This document shows positions 1 to 8,785 of a stretch of 14,962 bases of DNA, in pieces. The stretch lies in contig NW_021825531.1 of the NCBI RefSeq assembly GCF_006345805.1, forward strand, positions 1-14,962. The letters run 5' to 3'. The position numbers were made by a program, and so were the translations under genes. The first letter of the stretch is position 1; the number at the start of each line of letters is the position of its first letter. Source of the DNA: Octopus sinensis (lineage: Eukaryota). The notes beneath the pieces were generated by a model. The model did no database searches and was not told the origin of the DNA. It saw only the letters and a list, made by a program, of their open reading frames with translations.

Positions 1-105
1 GGAGTGGGGGTTGTTTTTGTGGCGTTGTGTGCAGATGTGTTTCTGCCTATTTGCGCAGTGTTTTCTCAACAGTTAAAAGTAACAACCAACAGAAAGGTAC
101 CAAAA

Positions 106-521
106 CCATCAACACCATCATCATCTGCACCACCACCACCACCACCACCACCAGAGGACGACGTATCGTCATCGTCGTAATCATCATCATCATCATCGTC
201 ATCATCATCGTCATCTTCGTCGTCTCCATCATCATCATCATCGTCATCACCTTCACCATCGTCGTCATCATTATCATTATCATCATCATCATCATCATTG
301 TCGTCGTCATGATCATCGTCGTCTTCATCATCATCATCATCATCATCATCATCGTCGTCGTCATCATCATCGTCATCTTCGTCGTCTTCATCATCATCAT
401 CATTGTCGTCGTCATGATCATCGTGGTGGTGGTCGTCGTCGTCAACATCGTCGTCTGTCTTTCTCGTCGTCGTCATCGTCATCGTCGTTGCCGTCGTCAT
501 CATGATCACGGCGGCAGCAGT

Positions 522-556
<35 letters not shown>

Positions 557-664
557 TAGTTATCGTCGTCGTTCTTGTATCCGCTGTTGTCGTCTTCATC
601 GTCCTCGTCGTTGTCATCGTCATCGTCATCATCATCATGCTCATCAACATCATCACCACAATCA
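106..664. repeat. Imperfect compound trinucleotide microsatellite (ATC/GTC)n with (ACC)n, (CAG)n and (TAG)n sub-blocks
   Basis: Read directly: ATC/GTC runs throughout, (ACC)n about 128-152, (CAG)n about 515-541, (TAG)n about 541-560. Confidence 0.97.
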
Positions 665-1058
665 ACGTTAAATATGCAAAAAAACACAAAAAAAACCAAA
701 AGCAACAATAATAATTAAATGCAAGTCAAATGTTAACAAAACGATAATAATTAACAGTTTTGACATCAACCAAATTAAAAAAAATAAGCAATTAAAATAA
801 ATAAAAAAAAAAAGTAAAGTCTACCACGGCAACAACTGTATAATATTTAATCACAGAGTTTAATAAAAACAGCTACAACAACAGGGACAACAACAACAAT
901 TGCTACAGTTACAGTTACAATGACAAAAAGTGCAGCAGCAAAAATAACAAGGAGACAATGTGTGAGAGAAATAGCAAGGAAGCAATTAACGGTGATGATG
1001 ACAGGATTGTATTCCCGCCACGACCAGCTGTTGATTGTTTTATTAAATGAATACGCGC

Positions 1059-1550
1059 GTGTGTGTGTATTGTGTGTGTATTGTGCAGTCTGTGTGTGTG
1101 TGTGTGTTGTGTAGTGTGTGTGTGTGTATTGTGTAGTGTGTGTGTGTGTATTGTGTAGTGTGTGTGTGTATTGTGTAGTGTGTGTGGTGTGTATTGTGTA
1201 GTGTGAGTGTGTGTGTATTGTGCAGTCTGTGTGTGTGTGTATTGTGCAGTCTGTGTGTGTGTGTATTGTGTAGTGTGTGTGTGTATTGTGTAGTGTGAGT
1301 GTGTGTGTATTGTGTAGTGTGTGTGTGTGTGTATTGTGTAGTGTGTGTGTGTGTATTGTGTAGTCTGTGTGTGTGTGTATTGTGTAGTGTGTGTGTGTGT
1401 GTGTTATTGTGCAGTCTGTGTGTGTATTGTGTTGTGCGTGTGTCTGTGTATTGTTTAGTGTGTGTGTGTGTGTAGTGTGTAGTGTGTGTGTGTATTGTGT
1501 ATTGTGTAGTGTGTGTGTGTATTGTGTAGTGTGTGTGTGTGTGTGTATTG
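1059..1550. repeat. GT-based minisatellite, unit (GT)n-ATTGTG(T/C)AGT of about 18-26 bp
   Basis: The motif GTGTGTATTGTGTAGT or GTGTGTATTGTGCAGTC recurs head-to-tail with a variable (GT)n spacer. Confidence 0.95.
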
Positions 1551-1599
1551 GAAATGTGTGTATGTAGGGGAAAGGTTACAAAATGTCTGTGTCTGATGT

Positions 1600-1850
1600 G
1601 ATGAGAGCTGTGGATGGGAAGGTGGGGGAAGGAGACCGAGGGAGAGAGGGAGAGGGGGCGAGAGAGGTAGTGGTGGTGGTGGTGATGGTCGTGAGAAGAG
1701 GTAGGGAGAGGAAAATAGGAGAAGGGACTGGAAGAAAGAGACTGTGTGTGTACGTAAGAGAGAGAGAGAGCGGAGTAGGGAAAGAGAAAGAGAGGGAAGA
1801 AGCGGGAGGGAGGCAGTGGTATGTAGATAGAAGGGAATGAAAGTGGTTGA
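1600..1850. repeat. Purine-rich (GA/GGA) low-complexity tract
   Basis: The + strand is almost entirely G/A with short (GA)n and (GGT)n runs. Confidence 0.8.
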
Positions 1851-1894
1851 GTGTGTGAGACAAAAATAAAAAGCTGAAATGAAATAGGAGACCA

Positions 1895-2254
1895 GATGAT
1901 GATGATGCTGATGCTGATGCTGATGATGATGATGACGACGACGACGACGATGAGGAATCATCATGATCATGATGGTGATGATGATGATCGTGATGAGGAT
2001 GATGGTGGTGATGATGATGATGGTGGTGATGATGATGATGATTACTATGATGATGATGATGGTGATGATGATGGTGATGATGATGATGATGATAATGATG
2101 ACGATCATGATCATGATCATGATGATCATGATCATGATGATCATGATGAAGATGATGATCATGATGAGGATGATGATGGTGATGATGATGATGATGATGA
2201 TGGTAATGGTGAAGATGATGATGATGATGACAATGGTAATGATGAGGATGATGG

Positions 2255-2295
<41 letters not shown>

Positions 2296-2386
2296 ACTAT
2301 GATGATGGTGATGATGATGAAAATGGTAATGATGAGGATGATGGTGATGATGATTATGATGATGATGATGATGTGATGATGACGAC

Positions 2387-2440
<54 letters not shown>

Positions 2441-2442
2441 CG

Positions 2443-2509
<67 letters not shown>

Positions 2510-2686
2510 GTGGATAGTGGTGTTCCCGTTGGTGGTGATGACGATTTTGAGAATGACGATGATGTTGCTGCTGGAGGTAATGACGACGACGATGACGATG
2601 ACAGTCATGGCGACAGTCGTCGCGTTTAGTGGTGGTGGTGGTGGTGTGGTGACTTCGTCGAAGACGTAGATGATGATGATGATGAT
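1895..2686. repeat. Long imperfect (GAT)n microsatellite
   Basis: GAT repeats with single-base variants (GGT, CAT, AAT, GAC, GAG) and nearly pure blocks at about 2385-2507. Confidence 0.97.
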
Positions 2687-2812
2687 AATATGGAATGATG
2701 GTAGTTGAAGAGAAATTAGAAGTGAGAGCAAGAAAAAAATCTCCCTGGATTACCCAGAGTTTATACCCTTGGTCTCTTCTTGAATTATTTTCCATCGCTA
2801 AGTTTTTATTGC

Positions 2813-2970
2813 CATCATCATCGTCGTCGTCGTCGTCGTCGTCATCGCCATTATCGAGGCGTTGTCTTCATCATCAAGATCATCATCTACGCCATTACCA
2901 CCACAATCGACACGACGACGACCACTATCCCAATCATCATTGTAGTCTTCGTCTTCATCATCACCATCAC

Positions 2971-3051
<81 letters not shown>

Positions 3052-3223
3052 CATCATCACCATCACCATCACCATCATCACCATCACCATCATCATCATC
3101 ACCATCATCATATCATCATCATCACACCATTCATCATCATCATCATGTCGTCATCATCATTCATCATCATCCCATCCACCATCCCATCATCATCATCACC
3201 ATCATCATCACCATCATCATCAC

Positions 3224-3254
<31 letters not shown>

Positions 3255-3284
3255 GTCATCGTCATCATCATCATCATCATCACC

Positions 3285-3315
<31 letters not shown>

Positions 3316-3341
3316 CCATCATCATCACCATCATCATCATC

Positions 3342-3390
<49 letters not shown>

Positions 3391-3408
3391 CCATTATCAT
3401 CATCACAT

Positions 3409-3473
<65 letters not shown>

Positions 3474-3560
3474 ACCATCATCGTCGTCGTCGTCGTCGTC
3501 ATCATCATCATCATCATCATCACCATCATCATCATCATCCTCATCTTCGTCATCACCATC
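2813..3560. repeat. Long imperfect (ATC)n microsatellite, reverse complement of the preceding (GAT)n tract
   Basis: ATC repeats with ACC/GTC variants; (TCG)n blocks near both ends. Confidence 0.97.
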
Positions 3561-4796
3561 TCCCCCTTCGCCACCAAGCGCAATTCCAGTAATGTTATTC
3601 TCATTGCGTGCTTCCGCTTACACAATCAAACGCAACTCCCTCTGTTATATTCCATTCTGTTCTATGACTTTTTTTTTCTATTGTCCATGTATCTTCCATT
3701 GTACATCTCTACAGAGTTTGCTTTCAACATTTTGCATCAAAGTACGTGATTCTGACGAACAAAAGCAGAAAACTCTTCACAAAAGTCTAGAGTATATCTT
3801 CTCCAACACAAGTTCAATTCCTCTTTGGCCACCAACCCCGTTTCCGTCTCCATCTAAGTTATTTTCTCAGTATTTGTTCTTATCACAATAACGCCACCAC
3901 TTCCTGCTTTCTTTTGTAAAGATAAGTCTTTTCTCTTATGGGCCGGGTATTGTTCACTTATTTCCCGTTTTATTTCAGTGTGTTTAGATGAATGGTCACG
4001 TGGTATAGAAGGGTCAAAATCAGTTTCACTTCTCACTGTGAAGGTTGTTCAGCAAATCAGTTTGTTGAATGCATTTTCTCTTTATTCCCTCGATTCTTAA
4101 TCTATTAACGTTCTATGAAGTGAAGAAAAACAAATACACGTTCCACCAATTTTCTTGAGACACAAATTATTTCCTTGTTTAATGAAATATTTCACTTAAT
4201 AATATGTTGAAATCATAAGTCAAAGGTCATATCATACAGACAATTTCTAAAACAAATGAAATAGTCCTATATATGATTGCTAATAACTAGAAATTCCAAG
4301 AACTTCGTACTTATAAACAAAGAATAATATTAAGCGTGAAATATATCCACTTTTTTCTTTATAATTCTTTAATTTCAATTTCAAATTTTAATCAAGCTTC
4401 GAATTATGACAAATATGCCTTAGTAAATATCCAACTAGATGGAAGCATCTGCTCTTTGTTTCTCAAGAAAAGGGTGGTTTTCTTTGGTCAGAAAACTTAT
4501 AATGACAATATACATTTCAGTTTGAGATGTTGTTTAATGATGCTTAAGATTACGCTGATAGTCAAATTTCTCATATTTGTTGTTGTGTGTTGCTCCAGAA
4601 TGAGCCCTCATTCTCTTGAGCTATGGCATGAATGCAGCCGCACGAACGCTTAAGTTTCCATCAGCAGATCCATAGTCTTTATATCAAACATCTAGACGGA
4701 ATTCCTGGATTGCATGCAGTTAAAGTCGTCGCTTGTCTAGCAGGCGTTTATCTCTTTCAACTTAGCCCCACAATAGAATTTTAGCCTCTGATATAT

Positions 4797-5024
4797 TTAT
4801 TTCTGTATTAGCCACACGGTGCTAAACATAGAGGGCTAAGCAAGGACAGGCAAAGGAGTTAAATCGATCGATTATATCGACCCCAGTGCGTAACTGGTAC
4901 TTATTTAATCGACCCCGAAAGGATGAAAGGCAAAGTTGACCTGGTCGGAATTTGAACTCAGAACATAAAGACAGACGAAATACCGCTAAGCATTTCGCCC
5001 GGCGTGCTAACGATTCTGCCAGCT
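4797..5024 (-). mobile_element. tRNA-derived SINE, family 1, tail X (copy A)
   Basis: Reverse complement reads AGCTGGCAGAATCGTTAGCACGCCGGG (A box TGGCAGAATCG), then GAGTTCAAATTCC (B box), then the core GCCTTTCATCCTTTCGGGGTCGATTAAATAAGTACCAG. It aligns over its whole length with the + copy starting at 5127. Confidence 0.92.
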
Positions 5025-5088
5025 GGAGAACAACGAAACCTTCTTTCATAGATAGGCTCAGCGTCCATTGATATGGATCTATAAAACA

Positions 5089-5109
5089 GTTGTTGTTGTT
5101 GTTGTTGTT
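5089..5109. repeat. (GTT)7 microsatellite in the spacer between inverted SINEs
   Basis: Read directly. Confidence 0.95.
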
Positions 5110-5126
5110 ATTGCTGCTACTGGAAA

Positions 5127-5692
5127 GGCGGCGAGCTGGCAGAAACGTTAGCACGCCGGGCAAAATGCGTAGCCGTATTTCGTCTGCCGCTACGTTCTGA
5201 GTTCAAATTCCGCCGTGGTCGACTTTGTCTTTCTTCCTTTCGGGGTCGATTAAATAAGAACCATTTACGCAGTGGGGTCGATATAATAGACTTAATCCGT
5301 TTGTCTGTCCTTGGTTGTCCCCTCTGTGTTTGGCCCCTTGTGGGTAGTAAAGAAATAGGTATTTAGCCCGGGGATACGTTCTGAATTCAAATTCCGCCGA
5401 GGTCGACATTGCCTGTCATCCTTTCGGGTCGATAAATTAAGTACCAGTTACGCCCTGGGGTCGATATAATCGACTTAATCCGTTTGTCTGTCCTTGTTTG
5501 TCCTCTCTTGTGGGTAGTAAAGAAATAGGTATTTCGACTGCCGCTACGTTCTGAGTTCAAATTCGGGGTCGATAAATTAAGTACCAGTGAAACACTGGGG
5601 TCGATTTAATCGACTGGTCCCTCACCCCCCATCCAACAACCAAACAATAAAAAAATTTTAGGCTTTGTACCTGCAGTAGAAAGGTTATTATT
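5127..5692 (+). mobile_element. tRNA-derived SINE, family 1, concatemeric copy B (one head plus three body units, ending in tail Y)
   Basis: Head GGCGGCGAGCTGGCAGAAACG with A box 5137-5147. B boxes at 5199-5211, 5383-5395 and 5553-5564. Units restart at GTATTT 5175, 5359 and 5529. It ends ...TTTAGGCTTTGTACCTGCAGTAGAAAGG(TTA)n, matching the tail of copy C at 9637-9670. Confidence 0.9.
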
Positions 5693-6123
5693 GTTAGTGA
5701 AGTACTCTAGCACAAACACCAAGAATGCCAGCAACTACAACGACAACAACCACACAATATTTATCATAAAGGCAAACAGAACCAACAACACCACAGCTTA
5801 CACAAACACCGATCACCAACACAACCACCACTACCACCTAAACACCACTAATACTACCACTGCCACCACCACCGCCTCCACCGCCGCGCCTTGGTGTTTA
5901 ATCAATATAGAAGCCATGTAAGATTAAATGTTTCAATATCTGGGGTAAAATGTATAGACATCCCCCCTCCTCCCTCTCCCCAAATATGTTAATTAGGTCA
6001 ATGCTTCAAATCGTTGGGCCATGAAATCTCCAACTTCATTAAAAATGTCAAATTTTTACACGGTGCGATAAATACTTAATTTAGGTCAAGTGATTCATGT
6101 ATACATACACACATATATTACCC

Positions 6124-6141
6124 ATATACATACATATATGT

Positions 6142-6230
<89 letters not shown>

Positions 6231-6362
6231 GTATATATATATATAATTATATATATATATGTTATATATGTATATATATATATATATATAGGTATATATA
6301 TGTATATATATGTATATATAATATATATATATATATATTATATATATATTATATATATATAT
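6124..6362. repeat. Imperfect (TA)n microsatellite
   Basis: Read directly. Confidence 0.97.
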
Positions 6363-6363
6363 G

Positions 6364-6724
6364 GGAGGATGTAGCGGATTCGCGGTCATAGGATCACGGT
6401 TTCGATTCCCAGACGGGCGTTGTGAGCGCGTATTGAGCAAAAACACCTAAAAGCCCCACGAGGCTCCGGTAGAGGGTGGTGACGAACCCTGCTGTATTTT
6501 TCACCACAACTTTCTTTCACACTTTCTTCCTGTTTCTGTTGTACCCCTATTTCAAAGGGCCAGCCTTATCACATTCCGTAATCAGGCTGAATCTCCCCGA
6601 GAACTACGTTAATGGTACACGTGTCTGTGGATTGCTCAGCCACTTGCTCGTTAATTTCAAGAGCAGCCTCTTCCCTTGATCGTATCAACTGAGACTCGCG
6701 TCGTCGTAACCGACGGAGTGCCAC
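6364..6724 (+). mobile_element. tRNA-derived SINE, family 2, decayed copy lacking the A box
   Basis: Collinear with the reverse complement of 13238-13620 (for example GAGAACTACGTTAA.GGTACACGTGTCTGTGGA.TGCTCAGCCACTT and GTCGTCGTAACCGACGGAGTGC). B box GGTTTCGATTCC is kept; the head segment carrying TGGCCCAGTGG is deleted. Flanked on both sides by (TA)n. Confidence 0.92.
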
Positions 6725-6997
6725 GACGTTATACATATATATATATATATATAAAACGAGGGGTTTCTACTTTTAGATATTTGCGTATATTTATACGCAC
6801 ACAAGTATTCATATATTAAGAAATACATGCAAATACGTACATACGAGCATATATTCTATCAAGGGCTTCTATGTCCCTTTATTAGACTATTTTCCCAAGT
6901 GATTGCACGGCTATCGGCATAAGGTTTAAGCTTATATAAATAGCATTATTATTATTTACAGGATTGTAAAACACGGCACCGTATAACAAAACCATTC

Positions 6998-7046
<49 letters not shown>

Positions 7047-7047
<1 letters not shown>

Positions 7048-7153
7048 AAGGGGTGTATGAAAATTCTTGAGCCTCAAAAAAACAAAAAATGGTACAAGAC
7101 TTCTGATGAAGTTACAAGACTTGAAGGCTGAAAAACTTTTCATTCACCCTTCG
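7047..7153. mobile_element. Mariner/Tc1-like MITE of 107 bp with about 31-bp imperfect TIRs
   Basis: Left end CAAGGGGTGTATGAAAATTCTTGAGCCTCAA; right end reverse complement CGAAGGGTGAATGAAAAGTTTTTCAGCCTTCAA. TA precedes the element (7045-7046) and TC follows it. The TA-C(A/G)AGGG start is mariner-like. Confidence 0.72.
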
Positions 7154-7165
7154 TCTGTGTGTGTC

Positions 7166-7212
<47 letters not shown>

Positions 7213-7239
7213 GTGTGTGTGTGTGCATGTATAATGTAA

Positions 7240-7325
7240 ATACTGGAGTTGATTCCTTCCACTAAACCCGTCAATGCAGAACCCTATGTGCAGTCTAATG
7301 ACTAAAAAATAAGAAAACATAAAAT
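7240..7325 (+). mobile_element. Decayed SINE 3' fragment (tail Z)
   Basis: ACTGGAGTTGAT resembles the family 1 ACTGGGGTCGAT motif. GCAGTCTAATGACTAAAA (7290-7307) matches the reverse complement of 7558-7575. Confidence 0.55.
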
Positions 7326-7364
7326 ATATCTATATATTTATATATGCACATGTACATTCGTATA

Positions 7365-7368
<4 letters not shown>

Positions 7369-7426
<58 letters not shown>
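7369..7426. repeat. (TC)29 microsatellite, followed by (CACT)n and a second (TC)n to 7518
   Basis: Read directly. Confidence 0.97.
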
Positions 7427-7432
<6 letters not shown>

Positions 7433-7529
7433 TCGGTCATTCACGCTTTCTCTCTTACTCACTCACACCTTCTCACTCACTCACTCATTCAGTCACTCAA
7501 TCTCTCTCTCTCTCTCTCGGTTTCTCTTT

Positions 7530-7592
7530 ATATTTTTTATCTGTTATCGTTTACTTGTTTCAGTTATTAGACTGCGGCCATGCTGGGACATC
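7530..7592 (-). mobile_element. SINE 3' tail fragment (tail Z)
   Basis: Reverse complement GATGTCCCAGCATGGCCGCAGTCTAATAACTGAAACAAGTAAACGATAACAGATAAAA shares a motif with 7290-7307. Recalled as a common octopus SINE 3' end (not verified). Confidence 0.65.
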
Positions 7593-7640
7593 GATGACGA
7601 TGATGATGATGATGATGATGATGACGATGATGAAAATGAT
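7593..7640. repeat. Short (GAT)n microsatellite
   Basis: Read directly. Confidence 0.9.
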
Positions 7641-8174
7641 GGTAACGATAATTTCTCTAAACCCTGCGAAGCACTTTACGTGACACCACTTCCCTGATGT
7701 TTAATTAAATATCTAACACCAAGACATCAGTGGTTCAGTAGAGAAGTCTACAATAAATGAGGTCCCAGTCAAGACCAGCTCACTTTTTATTCAAATAACG
7801 TTTCTAATAACTATGTATATTAACGAACGCATCAAACATCCGTTCGAAGACAGCCGAGTACGGCATGTGAGAAATTCATCTGCTATATCTAGTTGATCGA
7901 GTGCCCTCATTCTGTTTTTTTTTATGGCTCCATGGTACCCTGTTCTTTCATTTGTTTCTATGTTCTGCAAGTAACACATACAGAGAATTAAATAAAGTTC
8001 AGGTTTGAACTCACGAATAGAGAAGCGAAACTTAATATAGTAAATTAATTGGTTTGGTGCTCTCCAGATTCAATTCTCTTCACTGGCTGACAGCCGTGTG
8101 TTGTTTTGATATCCTTCGCAAGAACATGCCTGCTTCTTGATTAATTAATTAAAAATGAATTATAATGATAATAA

Positions 8175-8341
8175 AAATACATAGAACTTGAAATTCAAGA
8201 TGAGGGTTATGTGGGTGAAAACAATACGAATTGTAATTGAAGCATTAAGAATGATTTTAAAAGAATATGAAACGAAACATAGAAGCTTATGTGAAAATAG
8301 TGCTACTAGAAACAGCCCACATCTTGCACAAGATACTATAA
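8175..8341 (+). mobile_element. Decayed C-terminus of a restriction-like-endonuclease (REL) non-LTR retrotransposon, R4/Dong-like, fragment 1
   Basis: Manual translation across frameshifts gives KYIELEI...MWVKTIRIVIEALRMI...KIVLLETAHILHKIL* (stop 8339-8341). This matches the REL terminal pattern KY.DL.IE..RMW...IPIVIGALG...LQK.VLLGTA.ILRK.L. Confidence 0.65.
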
Positions 8342-8451
8342 CTTCAACGGAATAGCCCCAGTTCAAGAGAATATCTTAAATAGAACAATCTTCACATACA
8401 TTACACAACATATGAAATAGCATCTAATTGGTTTTTTTTTTTTTTTTTCCT

Positions 8452-8715
8452 AAATATACAAACTTTCGAGAGAAAGTGGAATAGGAAATGGTGCCAACTG
8501 TGATTGGAGCCCTAGGGTCGATGAACAAAAAAAGCTTCGGAAACACTTTGACACAACAAAAATGAAAACTGTCCCAGCATTACGACATTGCAAAAGACAA
8601 TACCTTCGGGTACAGCAAACATCCTGCGGAAAGTACCGACTATTTGAAATTACACAACTTGATAGGGTGTCAGTTAAATGACCCCCGTGTTAAGACGAAC
8701 ATCACTGTGCAGATG

Positions 8716-8782
<67 letters not shown>
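8452..8782 (+). mobile_element. 3' end of an REL (R4/Dong-like) non-LTR retrotransposon with (ATA)n tail, fragment 2
   Basis: Translation gives KYTNF (8452), ERKWNRK (8468, shifted frame), MVPTVIGALGSM (8488-8523) and LQKTIPSGTANILRKVPTI* (8588-8647). A 3' UTR of about 70 bp and (ATA)n at 8716-8782 follow. Confidence 0.82.

Positions 8783-8785
<3 letters not shown>

Noticed and set aside
27-711. Ile/Val-, Met/Thr- and Asp-rich ORFs of up to 214 aa
   Set aside because: These are reading frames of (ATC/GTC)n, which lack stops by construction; there is no complex coding sequence.
1616-1658. G-quadruplex candidate with five G3+ runs
   Set aside because: One loop is 11 nt and such motifs are expected in a GA-rich tract; there is no functional context.
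1896-2669. Asp-rich ORF resembling acidic biomineralisation proteins
   Set aside because: Nearly all non-Asp codons in the acidic part are single-base variants of GAT, which cannot create a stop, and the frame slips into poly-Met. This fits neutral microsatellite decay.
1455-3891. Poly-His/Ser/Ile ORFs of 446, 398 and 270 aa
   Set aside because: Repeat-derived, overlapping on both strands, and with no domain.
3854-4036. 60-aa minus-strand ORF with ordinary composition
   Set aside because: It starts at GTG, has no recognisable homology, and has no convincing splice donor before the stop.
5127-5215. tRNA gene (also 13550-13620)
   Set aside because: A and B boxes are present but there is no closed cloverleaf or acceptor stem and no T-run terminator; the sequence continues into SINE bodies.
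5175-5620. CRISPR-like repeat-spacer array
   Set aside because: The whole 170-184-bp unit repeats with no unique spacers, in a eukaryotic context.
6476-6679. Apparent paralogous peptides here and at 13286-13537 (LN.PENYV.GTRVCG.LSHL)
   Set aside because: The similarity is simply two copies of the family 2 SINE.
7103-7140. Canonical hammerhead core CTGATGA followed by a short stem and GAAG
   Set aside because: No stem I or stem III partner can be formed; it lies within the MITE. CTGATGA near 1920 is a by-product of the GAT repeat.
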